The notes: generated by a model from the sequence alone, not told the origin. 64,000 nucleotides of DNA from Candidatus Bathyarchaeota archaeon (GCA_963697165.1 CAVOMX010000017.1:15849-79848), one strand, 5' to 3'; counted from the first letter of the stretch, positions 10,152-19,228 are shown. A program made the numbers and translations.

Positions 10152-10877
10152 ATGAGTTTCATTAATTCTTATCAGGATTTTTTTCGTGCAAAAGCTTATG
10201 CTAAACTTGAGTTTCCTGGAACATATTATTTGGCATATAGAGATTTGCCAGAAATCTTAAGTAAATATGTAAGTGGATTTAAAGCATTAGATTTTGGTTG
10301 TGGAACAGGTCGTTCCACACGATTTCTCCAAAAACTAGGTTTTGAAGCTATCGGTGTTGATATTGCAGAGAAAATGATCAATCAAGCAAAAGAAATTGAC
10401 CCAAATGGGAATTATCGCCTTGTTGAAGAAGATCTTAGTCAGTTTAAAAATAATACATATAATCTGGTCTTATCTGTTTTCACATTTGATAACATTCCTA
10501 CAAAAGAAAAAAAGGTCAATACTTTACAGGAAATTACACGTATTTTAAAAAAAGGAGGCATATTTATAAATTTGGTTTCATCTCCTGAGATTTATACTCA
10601 TGAATGGGCATCGTTTTCAACCAAAGACTTTCCAGAAAACAAACATGCAAAAAGTGGAGATGTTGTCCGAATAATAATTACTGAAATTGATGATAAAAGA
10701 CCCGTTGAAGATGTCCTTTGGTTAGACGAAGACTATAAAGACGTATTTGAGGAATCTAAACTTGAATTGATTGCAACTCATAAACCATTAGCAAAAGAAA
10801 CTGAGATATACAATTGGGTTAACGAAAAAATGATTGCTCCTTGGATAATTTATGTACTAAAAGATGGAAATAAATAA
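10152..10877 (+). CDS. Class I SAM-dependent methyltransferase
   Basis: Motif I ALDFGCGTGRSTRFL, followed by GVDIAEKMI and a LKKGGIFI post-II segment. Confidence 0.85.
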   Translation: MSFINSYQDFFRAKAYAKLEFPGTYYLAYRDLPEILSKYVSGFKALDFGCGTGRSTRFLQKLGFEAIGVDIAEKMINQAKEIDPNGNYRLVEEDLSQFKNNTYNLVLSVFTFDNIPTKEKKVNTLQEITRILKKGGIFINLVSSPEIYTHEWASFSTKDFPENKHAKSGDVVRIIITEIDDKRPVEDVLWLDEDYKDVFEESKLELIATHKPLAKETEIYNWVNEKMIAPWIIYVLKDGNK

Positions 10878-11221
10878 TTCATGAATTTGAAACCTGATTT
10901 TGGTATACGAAAGGTGATTTGAAGTTTGAATAAGATAGAAGAAATAATAAAAAGACGAAAAATGGCTTATGCGAAATTTTTATCTTAAAAATCAAAGGTG
11001 TATGAAAATTTTCCCCAGTTTGAAGAAGATGAAGTTGTCGAAAAAGGAATACTGACAATTTAGACATAAATCAATGAGGAAGCAATGCGCACGCAACTGA
11101 AAAAAATCCAAAAAAATGCAAAGATCCACATATAATGCGGCTTTTAGGGAAGTAGTGCGTAAATCTTTGGAGTAATCAAGGTGTAAACAGTCATTAATAG
11201 TGTTCCATAGAATGGATCAAT

Positions 11222-11503
11222 CTAGGATAACGCGTCCTTAAATGGAGCCCCTAGAATAAACGCCCAAATACCAAATGCTATTGTTGATAGTATGGCTTTC
11301 ATTATTTGTCCGTCGGTGTTGACTTCACTCGCTTTTAATTCTCTTTTATTGGTAGCCAGACTGAATACCAAGGTAGCTACTAATCCCATTGCAAACATAA
11401 CCCAATTGATGTTTTGGTATGGAATTTCCCCCATAACCGATTGTGATGAAATAAATATTGCATTATAAAACGTTACTACTTCAGAAGGAACAAATTTCAC
11501 CAA
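11222..11503 (-). CDS. Small membrane protein, function unknown
   Basis: 93-aa ORF (GTG start) with two to three hydrophobic helices. The frame stays open upstream without a canonical start. Confidence 0.4.
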   Translation of the reverse strand: MVKFVPSEVVTFYNAIFISSQSVMGEIPYQNINWVMFAMGLVATLVFSLATNKRELKASEVNTDGQIMKAILSTIAFGIWAFILGAPFKDALS

Positions 11504-11620
11504 TTGCGAAAGATAGTCGTCCGTTTTTTCTTCGTCCTCTCCCTCTTTCGTTGGATCGATTATTTTTTCTACATCTTTTCAGTTATAATATTTTTCATGA
11601 CCCCTTTGGGATCGAATTCC

Positions 11621-11657
11621 AAATTGTTTGGGTTTGGGCTTAAAATTTAAGGCTTTC
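11621..11657 (+). repeat. Intergenic motif M, copy 1 (TTGGGTTTGGG + palindromic CTTAAAATTTAAG core)
   Basis: aaattgtttgggtttgggcttaaaatttaaggctttc; 29 of 33 aligned positions identical to the copy at 16921-16957. Confidence 0.6.
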
Positions 11658-11854
11658 AAAAAAGAGGGTTTGGTGGATTATTTTCTGGAGATGTCTTCAG
11701 CGGTGACCAGGTCCAGACTAATCTAGAGGACTTTTGGTGACCTGGTCATCCATATCACAGATAGCGATTTCAAAGATACTTTAGATCAGTATTCTCAGTT
11801 GTGTAGTTATTTCAAAAAATATTGATATTCGGGTCAATTATTGCTCGTTATTTT

Positions 11855-12586
11855 TTATGTGTTCCCATACTTTTCAAACGATATTATTCCCATAATAACA
11901 ATCATGACGCTTACTGTGGAAATAATTACCAAATCAAAGAAAAAGTTTGTATTCATCCAATTCCCTTCAAAAATCAACTTTAATGCATCGAACAAATAAT
12001 GACTTGGTACAAACTTGGCGATCTCCTGAGTTGAACTGCTAAGTGGCATAAAAGTACCAAAAAACATCTGAGGAAGAATAAACAAGAATGAAAGTCCTAC
12101 ACCCATTTCAGGATTTTTTGATAATGTTGCAGTGATAAGCCCCAGACCAACTGAACTCAAAGCAAATATCCCAGTTACAGGTAACGCCAAAAATATTCCT
12201 TCAAAACTACTTTCTGGCCTGAATCCCAATAAATAAGCCAAAACAAGTACTACAATCACTTGCACTATTGCTATGATCATGTTAGATATAATCTGACTTC
12301 CAATAAATTCTGTTGAAGTCATTGGCGTAGTATTAAGCCTTCTCAATAATTTCTTTTCCGAAGAAAAGGATTGAGCAACAGTCATAATCAAAAAAATTAC
12401 TGCGTAAACAACCAAACCGGGAACCACAGAATTTATAGTCATTCCCAATTCTGGGTCCGAAAAAGTAAACATAAACACGACCGTTAAAAGAGCTGGAAAT
12501 AGAAGATTCATAAATAGATTGACTGGATGACGAACTAACTTCTTTAATTCCACATTGACAAGAGCAGCTAAAGCCTGCAATTTCAT
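11855..12586 (-). CDS. ABC-2 type exporter permease
   Basis: 243 aa, six hydrophobic helices. Its ATG immediately follows the TGA of the upstream ATPase gene (TGAATG), so the two genes form an operon. Confidence 0.8.
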   Translation of the reverse strand: MKLQALAALVNVELKKLVRHPVNLFMNLLFPALLTVVFMFTFSDPELGMTINSVVPGLVVYAVIFLIMTVAQSFSSEKKLLRRLNTTPMTSTEFIGSQIISNMIIAIVQVIVVLVLAYLLGFRPESSFEGIFLALPVTGIFALSSVGLGLITATLSKNPEMGVGLSFLFILPQMFFGTFMPLSSSTQEIAKFVPSHYLFDALKLIFEGNWMNTNFFFDLVIISTVSVMIVIMGIISFEKYGNT

Positions 12587-13525
12587 TCATATTCCCTCCA
12601 AGATTCTTCGCCCCGTAATATTCAAAAAGACCTGCTCCAAATTTTTTGCTTTATATCTTTCCATAAGTTCCCTAGGAGTTCCTACTTCAACCAGTTTTCC
12701 ATAATCCATGATTCCAACTCGATCACTCAATGCTTCTGCTTCTTCGATATAATGAGTGGTTAAGATAATCGTCTTGTTTTCGCCCTTTAGAGAGCCAATA
12801 AATTCCCATGTATTACGACGAGCTCTTGCATCCATTCCAACTGTGGGTTCATCAAGAAAAGCAATCTTAGGATCGTTAATTAATGCCATCATCAAATTTA
12901 GTTTTCTTAGCATTCCTCCACTATAGCCTCCAGCTTTTCTTTTACTGGCGTCAGTTAATCCTAATAATTTTAGAAATCTATCTGTACGTTCTTCTATTTC
13001 CTTCTTGGATAATGAATGAAGATTCCCAAAAAGTTCAATGTTTTCTCGTGCATTAAGGAATGAAAATACTGCGGCTTCTTGGGGACATACACCAATTATT
13101 TTTTTCACTTCATCTGGATTCTTTGTCACATCAAAACCAGCAATAAGAGCATTTCCACTTGTAGGTTTAATTATCCCGTTAAGAATATTCACTGTTGTAG
13201 TTTTGCCTGCACCATTGGGTCCTAGAAGACTGAAAAGTTCACCCTCACCAATTACAAGGTTTAAATTATCAACTGCAGTAACATTCTCAAATTTCTTAAC
13301 AAGATCCTTTATGACTATTATCGGAGCACCTTTAGATATTTTCTTGGACTTGACTGGTTTTATTTTATTTAACTGAATGTCATCAACTGTAATATTTAGA
13401 GAAAGGAGCTCCACTATGAGTTCCTTAGACCAGTTGTTGGGAATATTAATCTTCTTCAGAACCGCTATTTGCAAAAGTTCTTCTCGATTCAATCCTTTGA
13501 GTAGATTCTTAATATCTGAAGTCAA
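12587..13525 (-). CDS. ABC transporter ATP-binding protein with about 70-aa N-terminal extension
   Basis: Walker A GPNGAGKTT, signature YSGGMLRKL, Walker B IAFLDEPT, H-loop TTHY. TTG start. The N-terminal extension LNREELLQIAVLKKINIPNNWSKELIVELL looks like a SAP/HeH or Rho-N helix-hairpin. Confidence 0.9.
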   Translation of the reverse strand: MTSDIKNLLKGLNREELLQIAVLKKINIPNNWSKELIVELLSLNITVDDIQLNKIKPVKSKKISKGAPIIVIKDLVKKFENVTAVDNLNLVIGEGELFSLLGPNGAGKTTTVNILNGIIKPTSGNALIAGFDVTKNPDEVKKIIGVCPQEAAVFSFLNARENIELFGNLHSLSKKEIEERTDRFLKLLGLTDASKRKAGGYSGGMLRKLNLMMALINDPKIAFLDEPTVGMDARARRNTWEFIGSLKGENKTIILTTHYIEEAEALSDRVGIMDYGKLVEVGTPRELMERYKAKNLEQVFLNITGRRILEGI

Positions 13526-13579
13526 AAAAATCCCACATATTGGTATGTTTTAACTTCTATTTACATTTAAGACATTTAA

Positions 13580-13610
13580 CGCTTGGGTTTGCAGGTTAAA
13601 TTTTAACTTG
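13580..13610 (+). repeat. Intergenic motif M, copy 2
   Basis: gcttgggtttgcaggttaaattttaacttg, 55-85 nt upstream of the ABC ATPase start codon (minus strand). Confidence 0.5.
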
Positions 13611-13702
13611 AAACTTCTTTTGTCGTTTGATTGATATATAATCTGATGTTACTGTTTTCTAGAAAAAAAGAAAAAGGGGAAATTATGGTTTTTGAAAAAC
13701 CA

Positions 13703-14293
13703 TCATGGTGCAGGTGGTGTGTATATCGCTTCTGGACACTTTAGCCAGTATCCATACCATGAATTTACTTCGGAAATGTAATTAATCCAACCGTGTCCAA
13801 TGTTAAGTGTTTGTCCCTCAAAGTCTCCAGTGCCATGGAAAATTCCGTATGCTTTTGACAGTTGGTCCACGTTATTCAACATAACCAAGCCGTTGCCTTC
13901 AAAGCCTGCATCTGCAACTTCATCGTCATCCAAATCAAACGTAAACACATAGTTGTCTGTAAGAACCACTCTAGCTCCCACCTTTATATTCACGACCTTC
14001 CTGTAAACAACGGCATATCCTTCAAGAGTTGAATCATCGTCAAATGTAATGGTAATGAAAAAATGTTGTTCCAAAACAACATGGATTATCTGACCAGTAA
14101 CTACAGGTCCTTCGAGTAGAATTCCGTTGCCGCCCCCATCCCCACCATCTGCAGGGTCTGCCCTATCACGAGTCATGTCTACTGTAACTGCCACTTTGTT
14201 TGGTCCGTTTGTTGGTTTTGCATATGCTGGAATAGCAGAGACAATTAGCAACGCCAACAACATAATGCTGATAAGCATAATTTTCTTTTTCAT
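13703..14293 (-). CDS. Secreted protein, function unknown
   Basis: The ORF track starts at 14401. The internal ATG at 14293 is preceded by GGTGA and begins MKKKIMLISIMLLALLIVSAIPAYA (signal peptide). The mature part is beta-rich with a Gly/Asp patch. Confidence 0.6.
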   Translation of the reverse strand: MKKKIMLISIMLLALLIVSAIPAYAKPTNGPNKVAVTVDMTRDRADPADGGDGGGNGILLEGPVVTGQIIHVVLEQHFFITITFDDDSTLEGYAVVYRKVVNIKVGARVVLTDNYVFTFDLDDDEVADAGFEGNGLVMLNNVDQLSKAYGIFHGTGDFEGQTLNIGHGWINYISEVNSWYGYWLKCPEAIYTPPAP

Positions 14294-14613
14294 TTTTTCA
14301 CCGCCCCTATGTTCTGTTCCTGAGAAAGATTGACAAAATTGGAGTTTCTGTCCTCTCCCCCAGTGTGCTAATTTAGAAAATAAACTCATCTTATGTGACA
14401 TTTAAAGTTAACTAGATGATAGTTCTAGAAAACTCAATATAAATAACAACTTATGTTACAGGAGAATACGTCCTTTCCTTTTTACTTGTGTGTTTGGAGT
14501 TATGGAGAGGTGTTTTAGTTTCAGTTAACTCTCCACTTTTCCTGAATCCCAATGAACTCAACTAGTATATTCAGATTTTGTGATTGTAGTTTGGTGTTAA
14601 GTGTTGGGTTTCA

Positions 14614-14796
14614 GTGTTGTCTGTCATGGATGCGATGCTTTACTGTTTGAAGGAAGGGACATTGATTCCTCTTTACAAGCTTAGGAATAAGACTGACGGA
14701 AAATGTCCAAACTGCGGAAGGCGTTTGAGTCTCCGTCCCCTAAGCATAAACTTTCATAACAAGGAATTAACCACTTCACCATCAACTGAACCCTAA
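14614..14796 (+). CDS. Possible small zinc-ribbon-like protein (weak)
   Basis: 60-aa ORF containing CPNCGRRL, but only a single clear CxxC. It may not be expressed. Confidence 0.2.
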   Translation: MLSVMDAMLYCLKEGTLIPLYKLRNKTDGKCPNCGRRLSLRPLSINFHNKELTTSPSTEP

Positions 14797-14912
14797 CACT
14801 GCACTCTTTTTTTGCAAAGTTTCCTATGAGCTCTAATATCGTGAGTCGGTACGACTGAAGTACCAACATTCTTTGCAGTAGGTTACAAGGAAACAGCAAA
14901 TATTCGGTATTT

Positions 14913-15359
14913 TTAGCTGAAGAATTCTTTGACTGGAAGGAGTAACCCAACTATCCAGAGTATTACTAATATTATGGAACTGGGAAGGTAGAATGCAGTT
15001 AAAACATTAGCATTAGTATAGACAAGAATCAATTGTCCCAAAAGAGCAACACCGAAAATGACTAATACCGCATACCAAGCCCATTTTTTTCCCCGTCTAA
15101 AAGGTAACAATGACATAAAGATTAAACTTAAACTAAGACCCAACATATTCACCGCATCAAAATGATATACAAGCGTAATTTTATCCATCAAATTAGAGTT
15201 GAAAGCACGAACTTCTGAAATTGTTAATCCAAACAACTCTTGGAATTCTGAGTCTGATGGAGCTAGGAATAAACTCTGTAAAGCGTATACGATACCACCA
15301 ATAGCAACAATGACCAGCAAAACAGATGCAACATTCAAAACTCTACTAAATTCAATCAC
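14913..15359 (-). CDS. Integral membrane protein, function unknown
   Basis: 148 aa with four hydrophobic helices. Confidence 0.55.
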   Translation of the reverse strand: MIEFSRVLNVASVLLVIVAIGGIVYALQSLFLAPSDSEFQELFGLTISEVRAFNSNLMDKITLVYHFDAVNMLGLSLSLIFMSLLPFRRGKKWAWYAVLVIFGVALLGQLILVYTNANVLTAFYLPSSIILVILWIVGLLLPVKEFFS

Positions 15360-15480
15360 CCCCTTTTAATTGAATATGAGCAGTAGTTCATTTCTTTTGT
15401 TTCTGCCTTTAAGACTTGTGTACCAACTTTGCCTGTGTAATAATTTACAGAAAGAATCTCTCAACTGCTTGAATCTATGA

Positions 15481-15558
15481 GTATATCCTTTTTGTGTGAT
15501 GGATATACGAATTTTATTGGTATATCCTTTTAGTCGAAAGGGTATACGAATTCCCTAA
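15481..15558. repeat. Two tandem 39-nt units, each an inverted repeat GTATATCC-N12/13-GGATATAC followed by GAATT
   Basis: Unit 1 is 15481-15519: gtatatcc tttttgtgtgat ggatatac gaatt. Unit 2 is 15520-15558: gtatatcc ttttagtcgaaag ggtatac gaatt. Confidence 0.7.
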
Positions 15559-15660
15559 TTCCTTATTGTATTCTTATTATATTGATTTGATACTGTTTTT
15601 ACAGACCAAATTCTTACTGAATCATGCCTGATTCCTATCCATTTTCATTTTTCTGGTGCA

Positions 15661-15703
15661 AATGCCCTTGTCTCGTCAAATCAAATAATGTGACAAGGGC
15701 ATT
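15661..15703. other. Perfect 12-bp inverted repeat (AATGCCCTTGTC / GACAAGGGCATT) with 19-nt spacer
   Basis: Read directly: aatgcccttgtc tcgtcaaatcaaataatgt gacaagggcatt. It lies about 140 nt downstream of the surface-protein gene. Confidence 0.7.
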
Positions 15704-15844
15704 CAACCCATTTCTTGGATGATAAAACAGGCGTGATTTTTTTTGCTTAAAATTTAACCCCCACACAAAATGCATAAACAAAGAAAAGAGGTAGAATATG
15801 TGATGTGGAAAAAAGAGAGAAAGGTTTTGGTATGAATTTTTTTG

Positions 15845-16801
15845 TTATGTCTTTTTTGTTCGATAACGTTTGAATCCTACATATCCTATTAGGGTAACAA
15901 ACATGCTAAGGGTAGCCATTATTGTGCCTAGTGGAAGCTCTGGAACAACGAAAATGGGACATGGCATTGTACACTCGTTATTTGCTTCGTCGATTTCAAC
16001 TATTTCAGCTGACGAGTCTGCCCAAGCCTTTATGTTGTATACGTTCAATGCAATTCCTGTGGTGTTCCAGGTAAAGGTTACGATTCTAGATTCTCCTGGA
16101 GCCAAGGATTCTACATTTATGGTGCCAATTTCTATGCTGTCGTAGTAGCAGCTAAGGTCAAAAGACTCGGTGTAATTGCCATTATTTCGAACAGTGACAT
16201 CAATATCAACCAAGTCCCCTGGCAGCGCCTCATTATCACAAACAGTTTGGGAAACTGCTTCAACATCATGCACCCATTCTGGATCTTCGGTGAATGTGGC
16301 GGTTACAGTCTTGTTGCTATCCATAAGGAGGAACTCAGGATTAGCAGAGCCACTGAGATCACCGCTCCAACCACTGAACGTCCAACCAGCAGCTGGAGTA
16401 GCCGTTAACTGTACAATTGATCCAGCAGCATAAGGTGAACTGCCATTGACGGCAACAGATCCGCTTCCAACAATATTCACCGTCAAACAATACTCTGGAA
16501 TCTCTGTGAAGGTGGCGGTTACAGTCTTGTTGCTATCCATAAGGAGGAACTCAGGATTAGCAGAGCCACTGAGATCACCGCTCCAACCACTGAACGTCCA
16601 ACCAGCAGCTGGAGTAGCCGTTAACTGTACAACTGATCCAGCAGCATAAGGTGAACTGCCATTGACGGCAACAGATCCGCTTCCAACAATATTCACCGAC
16701 AAACTATACTCAGGACTCTGAGCAAACACAAAGTTTGATATTCCTAAAGGTACTGTTGTAACTAACAGAAAAGCAATTAAAAAGAAAGCAGATTTCTTCA
16801 A
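15845..16801 (-). CDS. Surface protein: signal peptide, two InlB-B-repeat-like domains, CARDB-like domain, C-terminal PELPL+TM anchor
   Basis: TTG start with a GGGGAG RBS. The 72-aa repeat is YSLSVNIVGSGSVAVNGSSPYAAGSVVQLTATPAAGWTFSGWSGDLSG...TVTATFTE, present twice. The CARDB-like part reads DIDVTVRNNGN...SLAPGESRIVTFTW...EANNE. The tail is VPELPLGTIMATLSMFVTLIGYVGFKRYRTKKT. Confidence 0.8.
   Translation of the reverse strand: MKKSAFFLIAFLLVTTVPLGISNFVFAQSPEYSLSVNIVGSGSVAVNGSSPYAAGSVVQLTATPAAGWTFSGWSGDLSGSANPEFLLMDSNKTVTATFTEIPEYCLTVNIVGSGSVAVNGSSPYAAGSIVQLTATPAAGWTFSGWSGDLSGSANPEFLLMDSNKTVTATFTEDPEWVHDVEAVSQTVCDNEALPGDLVDIDVTVRNNGNYTESFDLSCYYDSIEIGTINVESLAPGESRIVTFTWNTTGIALNVYNIKAWADSSAEIVEIDEANNECTMPCPIFVVPELPLGTIMATLSMFVTLIGYVGFKRYRTKKT
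16291..16722. repeat. Direct tandem duplication, 2 x 216 bp, inside the surface-protein gene
   Basis: 16291-16506 and 16507-16722 are identical over about 190 bp apart from two mismatches; they diverge only at the unit ends. Confidence 0.9.
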
Positions 16802-16920
16802 GGAGTCTCCCCTTACAAGTTATAGGTGTGTGTATAAATAAAAGCTTAATTGGTATAATTCTCTAGAAAAACTAGACTGATTTTCTATATATCAATTTAT
16901 GATTGAAAACCATAAAAGCA

Positions 16921-16957
16921 AAAATGTTTGGGTTTAGGCTTAAATTTTAAGCCCATC
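16921..16957 (+). repeat. Intergenic motif M, copy 3
   Basis: aaaatgtttgggtttaggcttaaattttaagcccatc, in the divergent region between 16801 (minus-strand start) and 17041 (plus-strand start). Confidence 0.6.
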
Positions 16958-17040
16958 CTTAAGCAACAATATGGGCTACAGCAGTTTATGTCATGGTACA
17001 ACATTAGTTTCTTAAAGGACTAAAATACAATACAATTGAT

Positions 17041-17508
17041 ATGGCAACTTTAGTTAGAGAACAGATTCTTTCCCAAATCATGAAGTGGGTGGTTAATTCG
17101 GGATTAGACGTTGAATCAATTTCTAACGAGAAACATGATTTTGCGATAACTATGTACGAGAATAGGAACCTGCCACAACTGCAAATAATTCACCCAAAAG
17201 CAGATACCGCATACGTTCTGGTTGTAGGTCTAGTTAGCATCCCTGAAAGTGACCGCAAAAAACTGAAGGAATTAAAACGTGAACAGTTTGATGAATTAAT
17301 TTGGGATAACAAAATGAGATTACTAACAATGGATGTTGATTTTACAGTATGGGGTTCTGAGCAGGATCCGGATTCTTGGGAAGTTCAAAAGCGTGTCTTC
17401 TTAGACGAAACTAACACAAACCACTTTCATGAAGCATGTCATAAAGTCAAGAACGCAATTATAAGCATTATCTGGTCATACAAACGAGAATTAGCAACAA
17501 CCGCATAG
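17041..17508 (+). CDS. Hypothetical protein (possibly YbjN/type-III-chaperone-like fold)
   Basis: 155-aa soluble ORF with no catalytic motif. The alpha/beta pattern and size suggest a YbjN-like protein, but this is an impression only. Confidence 0.5.
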   Translation: MATLVREQILSQIMKWVVNSGLDVESISNEKHDFAITMYENRNLPQLQIIHPKADTAYVLVVGLVSIPESDRKKLKELKREQFDELIWDNKMRLLTMDVDFTVWGSEQDPDSWEVQKRVFLDETNTNHFHEACHKVKNAIISIIWSYKRELATTA

Positions 17509-17529
17509 TCTACCTAAAAACCAGACATA

Positions 17530-18591
17530 TCATCCAAGTTGCTCTGTCCAATCGTTATCTTGGTTTAGCAAATCAACAATTATTGTTAGAAGAAGTTTCC
17601 ATATTTCAGAATGGTGTGCCAAGGTTGGGGATTGATGCTTAACTTGAGCCCAGTTGGAAAGAAATCGTTTGCGTTCTTCATCAAAATGCGCTTTCCGGGT
17701 TTTGTAGACTTCTTTCGCAGGTTGAGGTATCAGAACATGGTATTGAGGCAGAAGATTAATGATACCTATTTTTTTGCCTACTAATTTCCCTCTCTGTGTC
17801 CAATTGTCAACAAATTGGAATCGTTCAGGCTTCAATAAGGTAAGTCGGGCTAGTTCCAAGCTGAGTCTGAAAGCAATATTCAGATTCACCAATGCATCGC
17901 TACATTTGGCTGGAGGCTTTGTAAGCGCTAACAAGTATACTGCGGCGGGGTAACCCGATAGTTTTGGTTTTAAAAAATTGTTTTTTACCGAAAAAATCAG
18001 TCCATCTTTGATGGATGTTTTGAAGGCTTCCGATTGGATATGTGCCTTAACGCTTTCCGTGTCATCAGTAGATATTTCTGGTTTCATACTTGGCAACATC
18101 AGTTCTAGAATGTCAGCAAAGAGGTAGATACAACTGGAAAAGTCTCTGTGGAAAAACCCCCACGAATGATTAAACCAAGATTCGATACCACTTTTTTTGA
18201 TTTTGAGAAGCATGTTAACTGTTTCTAAGTAATTTTTTTGGGTATCATTCATTGTTTCTGATTGGTTTATGTGTTTCAAGAGAGCTTCGTCGCTTACGAG
18301 GGCAACTGTTTTTTCGGCTTCGTTGTTATTGCTCCATTTATCTTGTATGTAATGAAGAGCATTTCCAAGTTCACCGTAGCAATAATCATCATTTTCAAGA
18401 AACAGAGCTCTCGCGTTGTCAAGGTTATACAGGATTTTTCCATCTTTCCCAGTTGCGTGAGGAAAATCCGCATGAGAATCTGGACCCAAAGAGCCGGAAA
18501 CCAGTGACTGGGTGTCTGCTGGGGATAGGTCTAGTTCGGCTGCAATTTTTTCTGCCATAATTCTGTGATTAATCGGAAGCAAATAAACCAT
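17530..18591 (-). CDS. Hypothetical protein with N-terminal zinc-dependent phospholipase C / P1-nuclease-like His/Asp pattern
   Basis: 353 aa. The spacing NHRIMAEKIA...GSLGPDSHADFPH...LGNALHYIQDKW resembles the metal-ligand spacing of the PLC/S1-P1 superfamily. The C-terminal 230 aa are unassigned. Confidence 0.5.
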   Translation of the reverse strand: MVYLLPINHRIMAEKIAAELDLSPADTQSLVSGSLGPDSHADFPHATGKDGKILYNLDNARALFLENDDYCYGELGNALHYIQDKWSNNNEAEKTVALVSDEALLKHINQSETMNDTQKNYLETVNMLLKIKKSGIESWFNHSWGFFHRDFSSCIYLFADILELMLPSMKPEISTDDTESVKAHIQSEAFKTSIKDGLIFSVKNNFLKPKLSGYPAAVYLLALTKPPAKCSDALVNLNIAFRLSLELARLTLLKPERFQFVDNWTQRGKLVGKKIGIINLLPQYHVLIPQPAKEVYKTRKAHFDEERKRFLSNWAQVKHQSPTLAHHSEIWKLLLTIIVDLLNQDNDWTEQLG

Positions 18592-18606
18592 CCTGAATTG
18601 GCGATT

Positions 18607-19173
18607 CTATTGTTCTTCTTTTTTTTCTGGAAATTTTGGCATTCGGTTCATCCAACGGGTTAACTCGTTGAACATTTCCGTAAACAAAGGCTCCTCACTT
18701 ACAAGCAACAATGTATATTGTGCCAGTGTCTTGTCATCTAGTTCGTCAGTTAGTTTTGGCAAGTTAAAATTATATTTTTCAACTATTTTAGGACCGACAT
18801 CAAATTCTGTGTCAGAAAAGAACGGCAAAATCTCTTTTTCTTTTTTCTTAAATTGACCATAAATATCGTTTCGAATATCACAAACCATGGTCTTCATTGT
18901 TTCGTTGACTTTTGGTATTTGCTGCTCAAATTCCTTTTTTATTTCTTCTCCGGATTCTTCTCCTACTAGTGCATTTGCTATTCCTGTAGCCATTGTGCTT
19001 GTTGATTGTACCATTATTTCTCCAAAAGCATCCATCATTGCGCTCATAATTATCACGCTTGTATTTACGACAGTGTTCATGATTTTTGTTTCCCTAGTTG
19101 GCACACTTTGGGAATTACCATTTTCATTTTCACTAGAATGTTTCGCTGTGTTAGAACGCTTTTCACCTGTCAT
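18607..19173 (-). CDS. Hypothetical protein
   Basis: The ORF track starts at 19227; the ATG at 19173 (MTGEKRSN...) is more plausible. No recognisable motif. Confidence 0.5.
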   Translation of the reverse strand: MTGEKRSNTAKHSSENENGNSQSVPTRETKIMNTVVNTSVIIMSAMMDAFGEIMVQSTSTMATGIANALVGEESGEEIKKEFEQQIPKVNETMKTMVCDIRNDIYGQFKKKEKEILPFFSDTEFDVGPKIVEKYNFNLPKLTDELDDKTLAQYTLLLVSEEPLFTEMFNELTRWMNRMPKFPEKKEEQ

Positions 19174-19228
19174 AAAAATCACTTCAAAAAGATTGCTCTG
19201 ATATTCTAATAACACTTGTGCGAACAAC

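Noticed and set aside
11704-11748. 10-bp inverted repeat TGACCAGGTC / GACCTGGTCA, considered as a terminator of the ABC-2 operon
   Set aside because: The repeat is real, but its 25-nt spacer and the lack of an adjacent T-tract on either strand give no support for a specific role. I have not reported it as a feature.
16291-16722. Near-identical repeats considered as a CRISPR array or as template/variable repeats of a diversity-generating retroelement
   Set aside because: There are only two units, directly adjacent and in-frame coding sequence, with no spacers. No reverse transcriptase is nearby, and the few mismatches are not adenine-specific.
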